The position numbers and the translations under genes were made by a program. Source: Lingula anatina (taxonomy: Eukaryota > Animalia > Brachiopoda). From it: a DNA stretch of 64,000 bases. Positions 13,701-23,800 of the stretch are shown here, one piece after another. Each line of letters opens with the position of its first letter. The first letter of the stretch is position 1. Location of the stretch: contig CM120649.1 in NCBI GenBank assembly GCA_051362555.1, positions 2,046,001-2,110,000 on the forward strand. The letters run 5' to 3'. The notes beneath the pieces were generated by a model. The model had not been told where the DNA came from. It searched no databases and worked only from the letters and a program-made list of their open reading frames with translations.

Positions 13701-16700
13701 CGGATTTGACCTTTGACCTTTACTTCAAGGTCAAATGGGTCAAAATTTTCAAAAAAATGAAATTTTTTACGAAAAAAAATTTTTTTGCCCTGTTATTCAG
13801 ACGCCACACAGACTTAACCAATAATATTATTGGAAAGTGTTACCCTTCAGGTCATCTTTCATCTCCGTGAATTTGGGGTCAATCGGTGCATTTTCACAGG
13901 AGTAGCGGCCATAAGATACCGAAACTGAAAACTGTCTCTAATTCGGGAACCGTTAATGCTAGAGACCCATTCTTTTTTGCATTTTGTAGAGCATGTAAAG
14001 CCCAACACTGGAGGTGGTCTCGGTTTTTTTGTATTCCATACGGTTTTCGAGTTACGCTTTATCAGAAAGTACATATTGGTGGTGAAAGGAAAATGTACGG
14101 AAGCCGACTGGTGCCATATGTAGAAAAAAAAATTATCTCGAAATTTCGAGATACTATTTTGAAATTTGAACAAAAAAAATTTTTATCTCGAAATTTCGAG
14201 ATAGCATTTTGAAATTTGAACAAAAAAAAAATTATCTCGAAATTTCGAGATAGCATTTTGATATTTGAGCAAAAAAAATTATCTCGAAATTTCGAGATAG
14301 TATTTTGAAATTTGAACAAAAAAAATGCTATCTCGAAATTTCGAGATAATTTTTTTTTTCAACATATGGCACCAGTCGGCTTCCGTAAAAATGTGCAGTA
14401 CGGTAATGGATAATAAATTTTGAACTCCGGAAAAATAAAACATAATGCTTGGCAAAGCAGACAACTTGTGGTCAAAAATGACATTATTTTATCAAATTTA
14501 AACTTCTGCAACTTCAGAGAACCTCCCATTTCAAGAACTTTGACCAAAATGACCTTTTCTTTATTTTAATTAATTTTTTCTGTAGGAAATTTATGGCACA
14601 TTATGGTAACTCCAAAATTATAACATTTAGTCCCTTATATCTCCAAAACTGGCAGAGATAGGTCCATAGTTACTATTGAAGTTGAATAGGAAGTCATATA
14701 CTGGCAATCTTACTGTGACCTTGACATTGACCTTTGACCTACTTTTCACCATGAACTGAACTTTGCAAATTTTGCTTCCCTTTTATCTCCAAAACTGGCA
14801 GAGATAGGTCCATAGTTACTATTGAAGTTGAATAGGAAGTCATATACTGGCAATCTTACTGTGACCTTGAAATTGACCTTTGACCTACTTATCACCATGA
14901 ACTGAACTTTGCAAATTTTGCTTCCCTTTTATCTCCAAAACTGGCAGAGATAGGTCCATAGTTACTATTGAAGTTGAATAGGAAGTCATATACTGGCAAT
15001 TTTACTGTGACCTTGAAATTGACCTTTGACCTACTTTTCACCTTGAACTGAACATTGCAAAATTTGCTTCCCTTTTATCTCCAAAACTGGCAGAGATAGG
15101 TCCATAGTTACTATTGAACTTGCATAGGAAGTCATATACTGGCAATTTTACTGTGACCTTGAAATTGACTTTTGACCTTCTTTTCACCATGAACTGAACT
15201 TTGCAAATTTTGCTTCCCTTTTATCTCCAAAACTGGCAGAGATAGGTCCATAGTTACTATTGAAGTTGAATAGGAAGTCATATACTGGCAATCTAAATGT
15301 GACCTTGAAATTGACCTTTGACCTACTTTTCACCATGAACTGAACTTTGCAAATTTTGCTTCCCTTTTATCTCCAAAACTGGCAGAGATAGGTCCATAGT
15401 TACTATTGAAGTTGAATAGGAAGTCATATACTGGCAATCTTACTGTGACCTTGAAATTGACCTTTGACCTACTTTTCACCATGAACTGAACTTTGCAAAT
15501 TTTGCTTCCCTTTTATCTCCAAAACTGGCAGAGATAGGTCCATAGTTACTATTGAAGTTGGATAGGAAGTCATATACTGGCAATTTACTGTGACCTTGAA
15601 ATTGACCTTTGACCTACCTTACAATGAACTTAACTTTGATTGCACCATTTTTAGTTATATATATTTTTTGCATATTTTGAAAATTCTTGTTGATTGCATT
15701 TTTACAGCTTGTCAAGCACAAGACTGGTGGCTGCACCCCTTATTTTGTGTATGTGGGGGTCTATACGAATGCGCTTGCTCCAGCTGGTGGTACAATATTC
15801 GGAGGCGGTATCGCCTCTCTGATCCTCTAGTTTGTAGTGGATAATAGAAACTTTCATATTTTATTAGCAGGATTAAAGAGGCTTGTTCTAAGGGTATTTG
15901 TGTTTGTTGTGCAGGCAATTCCAGAGAGAGGAATCCAAGAGCAAAGTGAGATAGGGTTTATGTACTGGCACAGAAACTAGAGTGTCACCAGAGTTTACAA
16001 TGTATTTGTGTTTGTTTTGCAGGCAATTCCAGAGAGAGGAATCCAAGAGCGAAGTGAGATAGGGTTTATGTACTGGCACAGAGAGGAGAAAGAGCAACAT
16101 ATCAGAGCCATGGTAAGGAGTATAAATTTAAAAAGATGGAAGTTTGAGTGACAGGACCATAGCCACCATTTTCAAAGATGGACCTTTACCATGGAACTTT
16201 TGTGTGTGCCTAGATAAAAATTTACACAGAGCAGATCCTTTTTTGGCAAACAGGGCAGTTCGTTTGACCCTTTCAGTCGCTTTCTACATTCCTGCCTTAT
16301 CTTGGGTATTTTAAGTGTGGGAGGAGATATAAATCTCCCAGATATACAATATGAATGACAGTTGTCTTCTCTAGTTAATGGGAAATATGGAACTCTGTTC
16401 TTCTACATTTTAACATGGTTTATAACATAATGAACCACATTTTACTTATTAGAAATCTTGTGGTGTTTTTCTACAAGTTGTCAATAAATATGAAATCTGG
16501 GGTTTTAGAATAATGCCCGACTTCAGGATTTTAGTTTTTTTTTCTTCTCCTATGGTCTAAACGCGCCTAGAAATTGCAAAGTATGATTTCAGGATTTTCA
16601 GTCTTTTACAAATTTCACCCATGAATATGTACCTTATGTCTAGGAAATCTTGCTGTTTGTCTTTTAGGTTGGCAGTATGTATAAGACTCCACGCCATCCT

Positions 16701-17549
16701 ATATGGATAACACTAGTAAATGGACTGTATGGACTGTTATTTAGTGTTAACCAGCACCTGGTCAGTGATTGGAGAGTAGAACACAAGTTTGACCTCTATT
16801 ATTACACTGGTCAAGCCTCACAGACACGACCAACCAGGCTAAGTGTTGGTAGGTTCTAAAAATACATGTTTTACAGTTACTTATTTCACTCTTTTTTAAA
16901 AACTTTTTCTTTTCTGGTTTTTTTTTATTCTCATGTTATTGTTTGAAAAGAGAAATTTTGTTGTTGTTTATAGTTTTTATGAGATAATTACTTCAGCATT
17001 CCGGAAAAAAAAAAAAAAAAAAAAACATAATAAGACAAAATTAAACAAAATGCAGAACTTAACAATTTTTTTCTGTAGTTTACAAAAGTGTAATATATTA
17101 TTTCAGAGACGAGACTGGGAAGAAGCAGTCACGCCAGAACTGCTCTTCAGAAGAGTGAGGAAGAGAAGAAGATACCACCTCTGGAGAGGTGTATCATGAC
17201 CAAGTAGGACCTGTTTTATACACTGTATTACAGAAAATATAAATAATTTAAAAATGAAAAAAAAAATTAAAAAAAGATTAAGTCTGATATTGTAATAGAT
17301 CACTATTTTATGTTTAAAGTATGCAATTTTTTTTCTTTTTTAATTTTTTTTTTTTTAACTTTTTAAAGTTAATTAATGTTATACTTGTTTTATATTTTTT
17401 TCTTTTCATTTTCAGCAGTTCATTTTCTTTCTCGTACACAGTATAAATAATTTAGAATTAAGTCTGTATAAATATCAAGTATTTCTCTTTATTTCAGGTG
17501 GTTTGGTGCTCATATTGACTGGAATGGCACTATGCCGTATGTCACATAA
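5230..17549 (+). CDS. MINDY4B: Inactive ubiquitin carboxyl-terminal hydrolase MINDY-4B-like, about 401 aa; 5' end uncertain
   Basis: Phase-consistent GT-AG exons: 5230-5263 (tentative), 8056-8132, 9661-9780, 10039-10136, 10496-10661, 10898-10963, 11423-11493, 12076-12229, 16023-16112, 16668-16848, 17107-17203, 17498-17549. MINDY3/4-family motifs: GGTPISMEVA, VQAFILKHLLF, ALTEILWQAGG, LFLYSLVLSRS, LVNLVLTGRA, VGSMYKTPRHPIW, LVSDWRVEHKFDLYYYTGQ, PPLERCIMTKW, IDWNGT. The catalytic GGPC motif reads NGSK. Confidence 0.88.
8314..8913. repeat. Tandem duplication of about 196 bp; the second copy is interrupted by an insertion
   Basis: GTATACATCCATGCCTTTACAATAAGGCTCATCAT occurs at 8314 and 8510. TTACTTTGTGAAATAAAAC...TTTTGAAAAGTA occurs at about 8351-8502 and 8762-8913. 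Confidence 0.9.
8545..8760 (+). mobile_element. Probable 3' tail of a 5'-truncated non-LTR retroelement
   Basis: Present in only one of the two duplicate copies. Ends in AATAAA (8748) followed by (ATT)n. Confidence 0.5.
10675..10718. repeat. (CA)n microsatellite
   Basis: Directly visible. Confidence 0.95.
12547..14175 (+). repeat. 817-bp direct duplication of the 5' half of the HINE element
   Basis: Near-identical blocks starting TACCACCAGCGTTAGCG at about 12547 and 13364. The twin ORFs at 13042/13859 and 13069/13886 are offset by 817 bp. Confidence 0.92.
14096..14387. mobile_element. Nested TA-flanked MITE (Tc1/mariner-like) with an internal palindrome array
   Basis: TIR TACGGAAGCCGACTGGTGCCATATG / CATATGGCACCAGTCGGCTTCCGTA. 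Five copies of TATCTCGAAATTTCGAGATA at 14134, 14184, 14233, 14280 and 14329. Absent from the HINE copy near 40560. A truncated left end also occurs at about 13279-13360. Confidence 0.85.
14633..15640 (+). repeat. 146-bp tandem satellite (about 7 units) inside the HINE
   Basis: CTCCAAAACTGGCAGAGATAGG recurs at 14641, 14787, 14933, 15079, 15225, 15371 and 15517. Confidence 0.95.
15894..15980 (+). pseudogene. Partial duplicate of the MINDY4B exon 16023-16112 (acceptor plus first 20 codons), ending in a stop
   Basis: About 81-bp near-identical direct repeat, period 108. Reads AIPERGIQEQSEIGFMYWHRN*. Confidence 0.9.
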
Positions 17550-17606
17550 CCAATGTCTATACACAAAGAGAACTGACATAGGGAATATTATGGAACTCCT
17601 TCCTTA

Positions 17607-17713
17607 GCTTTAAGGTGCATTTACATTGAAGATGGGCTGATCCTTCTTGGACGTACCTTGCTTTAAGGTGCATTTACATTGAAGACGGGCTGATTTTTCT
17701 TGGACATACCTTG
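17607..17713. repeat. 53-bp tandem duplication in the MINDY4B 3' UTR
   Basis: Two copies of GCTTTAAGGTGCATTTACATTGAAGAYGGGCTGAT...TACCTTG. Confidence 0.9.
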
Positions 17714-19667
17714 TTCTACAGGCTCTCTGGTTAAGCTTAACATTACACATGTAGTGTATGTATATATTCTGTTTTGTTCACAAAGTCACCATTCCAGTTC
17801 ATGATATCCATAGGAGGTTGCTTCTTTGAACTACCATTCACTATAACAGTCACAATTGATTACCAGTGGAAGGCTGACACTTCTGACCTGTTGAAATATG
17901 TCATCAGCACCAAGTCTTGTTGTTAATCATTTGTGAAACAGTTTTAGACAGATAATCAGTTAATTTCATGTGGTCATATTTATCATACGTACAAAAGGTC
18001 AAACACTTCAAACTTTTCCAGTTGAAATAATCCACTGGTGTGTTGCCATGCTACAGTGTAAAAGATATTTAATGAAAGATGATCAGAAGTAATTCCCTGG
18101 GCATAAGTCAGCAGATACCATTTTTTTAGATATAGATTATTAGTAGTTTTGCTCAATGTTCTGCCAGTGAGTTGCAATGGACAACTTTACCTCATAATTT
18201 TGCACTCTTCTTTTGGTTTTTGATTGTGTCACCAATTAAAGCATATTAACACTGTTATGAAGTTGAATATAAGTGTTTTTTTATAATAATTATCATTGTT
18301 ATGTATTAATAAAAGAGAGGTATTGGTATTTTACAGGGACTTGGTAAAGAACTAGCTGAACTTGTGATGCAATTTTAAATTTTCATTTACAATTTAAACA
18401 TTTCTTTTTGGATGCTGAAATCAAAAGCAAGGGTTAAGCCATCACTTGTAGTTTTTTTTTTCCAACTTTCCTAATCAAAACCAAACTATGCCATTTAGTG
18501 AATTGCAATCAGTTTGCTCTATGAGGAATATAGCACCAAAATTATGTCTTATTTTGGATAATGGGGCAGATGTTGCAAAAGATTTGAATGCCATATTTTT
18601 CTTGCAAAGCATCAAAACTTGAATGAAAAAGAAAAATTAAAGATGACTAAAGAAGGGAACAAAAGACTTGAATGCCATTCCAGCTGTTTCTGTTGCCAAC
18701 AGAAAAAAATATATATAAAAATATATAACTCTCTCCTCCCTTTAATGTTTTATTATTAAATTAGTTATGTTGCACATTTAATCAAAGTGTGAGCTAAATC
18801 AATTCTCCATTTGATAGGTTCTTCTCTTTTTTTATTTCACAGAATATAACTTTGGTTTTTGATCAAGTGTTGTGCTTCCTCTTTTTTCTTTAATTACTTA
18901 TTTTTCACTAAATATTTTTATATAAATGATGTTTGTGCCAATTAATAAGATAAATGAATTCCCAAATTGAGATGTTAGTGTACAAAACCTTGTTCTAGAT
19001 CTGTAGTAAGAGTTAATTTGTACAGAGCAGTTTGTTTTAACAAATGCAGTAAATGTCTTCATCTGTGGAAAATGTTTCAATTTGAAATGAATCTACATGT
19101 ATCTTCATGATTTGCCAATTAAAAAATTGTTCAGAAAATTTGAACAGTTCACATGATTTGTTGTGGATATATCCATGACAGTATGAATTCTTTAAATCAT
19201 GATGATTTTACTCGTTAACGAGTTAGTTTTTGTTGTGTTTTACATTTGCTAGTTTGGTTTTTGTTTGTGAAGTTGTTTGTAAAGGCTGTTATAGTAAATT
19301 ATGTTCACTTACAACCATGTTACTTAAAGAAACTATGTTACTTAATATAGAAAATACCCATTGCAAAGGAATTTAGTTTCTGTAACTTTGATATCCTTTA
19401 ACATTATGGAAATAAATGTAAGGATGTGAACTTACTTTTGAAATTTGTTTAACTCGGATATTTGGTGACGTGTTTTTCTGGAAAATGTGTTATGCTAGGT
19501 AGAACACTAGTATTTCACCATAACAGTTCATTTAAAATACAAAGAAAACACATGAAAATAATACACTTTGGGAATAAAAGTAAAATTTATTATCTTTATC
19601 TTAAAATCATTCAACAAATTTGTAAACATCATTATCTCTAATATAAGTGTTGGTGTATATTAATAAT

Positions 19668-19963
19668 TTCATAATTTACGTTAATACGATACTTCAATAC
19701 TTAAAAGTCCTGTTTGCAATTTAATATGTAGACCATGTGCATGTTATTGTCTCTGAAAGAACTATTACATTTTGATAAAATGGTCCACATCCTGTAAGTC
19801 ATGTCTTTTTCTATTCATAATTTACGTTAATACGATACTTCAATACTTAAAAGTCCTGTTTGCAATTTAATATGTAGACCATGTGCATGTTATTGTCTCT
19901 GAAAGAACTATTACATTTTGATAAAATGGTCCACATCCTGTAAGTCATGTCTTTTTCTATTCA
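19668..19963. repeat. 146-bp near-perfect tandem duplication
   Basis: ATAATTTACGTTAATACGATAC occurs at 19671 and 19817. The copies differ by about one T. Confidence 0.95.
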
Positions 19964-20868
19964 AAAGTTCGTCATTATGACAGGTTTTTGAATACTGCTC
20001 TCTCATATAAATATATAATGATAATAAGAAATGCCATTAAATATAATGTTAATTAAAACTTTTTGTTTTCTGCATTTGGACATAAAAACGCAAACAGTGT
20101 AATAAGTGTTTTACCCGAGTTAACACCTTGGCATTACAAGGAAATCAAACTTTCACGCTGTATGGATAGATTTAAAATTCTAAAAGTTACAATTAAAAAA
20201 ATAGACCCCTTTTTTTTCTTTGCTAAAGAGGCAAAATGACAGGTAAAATGTTGTACAGAATTGAAAATAAAAACCAAGATAAGATGGATCTTTCAAACTA
20301 AGGTCTAGTGAATTAAAATCTCATTTATACCAAGTTGCTTCTTTGCTAATCTTTTAATACAGTACTGAGACTTGTAACATGTATAAATGATAATCATTAA
20401 AATAACCCAACCATCTGTAAAGGCAAACAAGAAGTGTCACATAAACTGACTAGAGACACATAAATTGACTAGAGACAACAAAAATTATTGTATATATCAT
20501 AAACAATATAACATAACATAATTTATTGATATAAATTATAATAATAAATACAACTTGACACTGTATCAATTTTCAACTGATTTTCAGTTGATGACACTCT
20601 TTTTAAACCATGATCTTAAAATTTACATAAATGAATCTTTTCATCACCTGAAAGTTTTTGCTCCACTCTGCAACAATACTTGCCCATTAAGTGAAAAACA
20701 ATAAAAAAATAATTTTTTTAACCCCTATTTCAATCATTTAAACATATTGTCTTTAACATGATGTGAAGCAATGAGACTAAATGTAGTCAACCAAAAACAA
20801 AATTGAAATGTGAAATAAATTATGATTTACAAGATGCACATGCAAAATGTTCACCCCGAGATGTCTGT

Positions 20869-23800
20869 TTAAAACACAAAAATGAACAGTAACAGTAGAA
20901 GTGAAGCAAAAAGGGCCAGCAACAAAACTGCCATGTTCTGAATGAGTCCTGTGACAGGCACTTTCCTGATTTCCTCGGCTGCCTTGTCCCATTTGTTTGG
21001 TCCCTGAAGACGCCACTGGGAGGCGCCACAACTGCTCAGCAGAAGCCTGCAAGACAAGACCACAAAAAGTTTTTAACAAGTTGAGAATGGATTTATCCAT
21101 TAACACCATGCACAGCAGGGCTAAATGGATTACCTTCTTTTAAAAGAATTTTGATTTACAAAGCCCAAATCTTTTACAATATGGTCTCAAAATTGTGAAA
21201 AAGAACATAATGATAATAACCCTCAATGTTCGAACACATTAATTCAATAAATCTGCCAAAAAAACGAACACATTAATTCAATAAATCTGCCAAAAAAAAC
21301 AATGCTCTGTCATTCAATTATAAAGATCTTGAAGGGGTATTGAATCTCTGCCCATACATAACATGTTCTGAGCCAAAACATCACCTTTCATTCAATCATA
21401 TCAACACCAGTCTGAGAAAGACATGACTACTGCAATGTCGCACAAGATTTTTAATGTTTGTGTCAAGAGAATTTGTCACTGTATACTTTCCTACCTCCAA
21501 GCTAATGTAGGGTGTCTCCAAAGTTGAGGTTTGGCTCCAAACTTTGCAGCAATGTCGTCGTTATACAATATGGGGTCCTTCTGTATTGTATGTCTGGCTG
21601 AGGCAAAGTAACGATCTGCATGCTGACGCTGAAATTCATAACATTAATTCTTTGAAATTTTTCAGAAATTTGGGGGAATCCTAGTGTAACAGTACTCTTT
21701 ATTAAAGATAAAACCCTTTCTAGAAATTATGAATTATATTTATTATTCTACATTTTTCTTTATCATTTCTTATCATCTAAAATAGTGAAATCTTCCTTTC
21801 GGGTCACCTCATAAACTAGTACAACAAAAATTTTGTTTATCATTTTCCTTGATGATCCTATCAAAAATCTCTCTGTTCATCCATTTATTACCTTTTCCTT
21901 CTCAATACTCTTTTCCATTGCTTGTTTGCTGGGCAGTTTGACTTTACCCTTGCACAGCTCTGCAAACCATCTGGACTGTATCTCCGACATGGTCAAGACT
22001 CCCCCTGACGCTGGCTGGACAAAGCCTATGAAGGCAAGCGTGTGGCCCACTTCTGGGGAAAACACATTCTTGTACAGCTGAAAAGTTGGATGGCAATACA
22101 CTGTCAAGTTAAGATCTGTCATAGTGTTAAATATTTTAATGCCTGCAGTATTTTCTAACTTAAAAAATTTGAAAATCAACATTATTCATTAATTTGAGTG
22201 AGCAAGAGTTATCAAATTTCATATTTGCCCTTAAAGCCCATCAAATTTATATAATAATTTATCCTTTTATCAAGCACCATATACTGAAATATTCCTTTCA
22301 AATATGCCATGCCTATCTTTATGCCAGTAAACAAGACAAGCACTCAAATCAGCAGCATCAGTGAATAAATGTTAAATACCCATTCAACAGAGGTATTAAA
22401 TGTCATTTAAGCCCTGGAAGTACCTTGATGTGGTTTGTACCCTCATCTAGCACCTTGGAGCGGACACTGTCTGCTAGATACGGGAGGTCGATCCTGTACC
22501 CAGTGCAGAGGACGATTTGGTCAAACTCAGCGGACTGACCATCAGTAAAGTGGACAGTCTTGCCTTCAATTTTCTGAAAAAGATTTGAAAAAATCCATTC
22601 TTTTAATTGAAATTCCCTGACTTTTTTTAAATACAATAACAGGTATGTGATTGGATCAGAATGATTAGATCCCTGAATGCTCTGCCTTACTGTGGCTATC
22701 AGTTACAAAGAAAAGTTCGATCTAAATTTTGTGGAGACCCTGATTAGCTAATCTACCCTTAACCTATTCACAGATACTGGAAAATGCCCTGACTAAAATC
22801 ATAAACTTTAAGGTAATTACTCCTCCAGATAAGATAAAACATATCCACAAATTTTCTTCGATTCATTTCTGGACATAAAACACGCTTTTGACAGAAAAGG
22901 TTATAATAATCTAGGTAACATGCCATTTCTCAAGATGGGCTAAAAGGTCCACTTTTTCAGAAAAAGAACCCCCTTTGAAATTGCTAGGTTCAGGCCTGTA
23001 TGGATGCAATTTTAATTCTATCATAAACTCTGACTCAAGAAATCTCATGATTGTACCTGAATATTTGGCACAATTTTGATCTGTCCTCTCTGTAGGTGGT
23101 GGTAGAGGACAGGACTCACGCTAGGTTGGGTCTGTAAGGCATGCATCTTGGGATTCAAACCATACCTGTAAAAGATGAAGGAAACACTCTAAAACACATA
23201 CCATTTTGTGACATAACTGATACTTTTTATTTCCTGTTCATCTGTACTCTTCAATACATGTTAAAAGTAAAAGGCTATCTGTCAACCTATTTATGAAGTC
23301 CTATAATATTTTCATTTAACTACTCTCATAATGGAGATGGAGACTGATGGATTTTACTCATAATGGTTTTAAATTATATTTTTATTTATATTTCAAAGTT
23401 CTTAAAAAGAAACTAAAATCTGTTTATAGATAGTAATTTTTGCAACTGATCTATAAAGAGTATACCTTTGCACATTGCATACCTTCAAAATAATAATAAA
23501 ATTATCCTTATATTCACTCACATGCTGGGGTTCCCATGCAACAGCTTTATCACAGTTTCTAAGATGAACGTGCCCAGTTTCCAAGGCAACCAGAGGAAGG
23601 CTCGGCAGGCGTAGTGGTCCACGGGGTGCCCAAACAGGTAGTTAGGAACCACCCAGGCTCCAGACCTGGTACTCAGCCACACTCTGGGACATCTGGTTAG
23701 AGGTAAAAAGATACATGTGTCATATAATATAGGAATTTATTATTTCACATTTCCCCTGATGGACTTTCCACTATTGTACTAACAGCTAGATACCCTGATT

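Larger units (their letters stand above)
12541..15832 (+). mobile_element. Non-autonomous Helentron/Helitron-type (HINE, DINE-1-like) element, composite copy
   Basis: Subterminal inverted repeats ATTGTACCACCAGC (12543-12556) and GCTGGTGGTACAAT (15783-15796). 5' palindrome GTACCACCAGCG-TTAG-CGCTGGCGGTAC. 3' stem-loop GAGGCG-GTAT-CGCCTC. Ends in CTAG followed by Ts, with no TSD. Internal tandem array. A second full copy lies at 39791-41680. Confidence 0.85.

Noticed and set aside
14134-14348. CRISPR-like array of palindromic repeats with 27-30-bp spacers
   Set aside because: The spacers are near-identical, the array is bounded by TIRs, there are no cas genes, and the DNA is eukaryotic.
13042-14547. 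Twin ORFs of about 104-133 aa
   Set aside because: They are chance frames in duplicated non-coding transposon sequence with no protein motifs.
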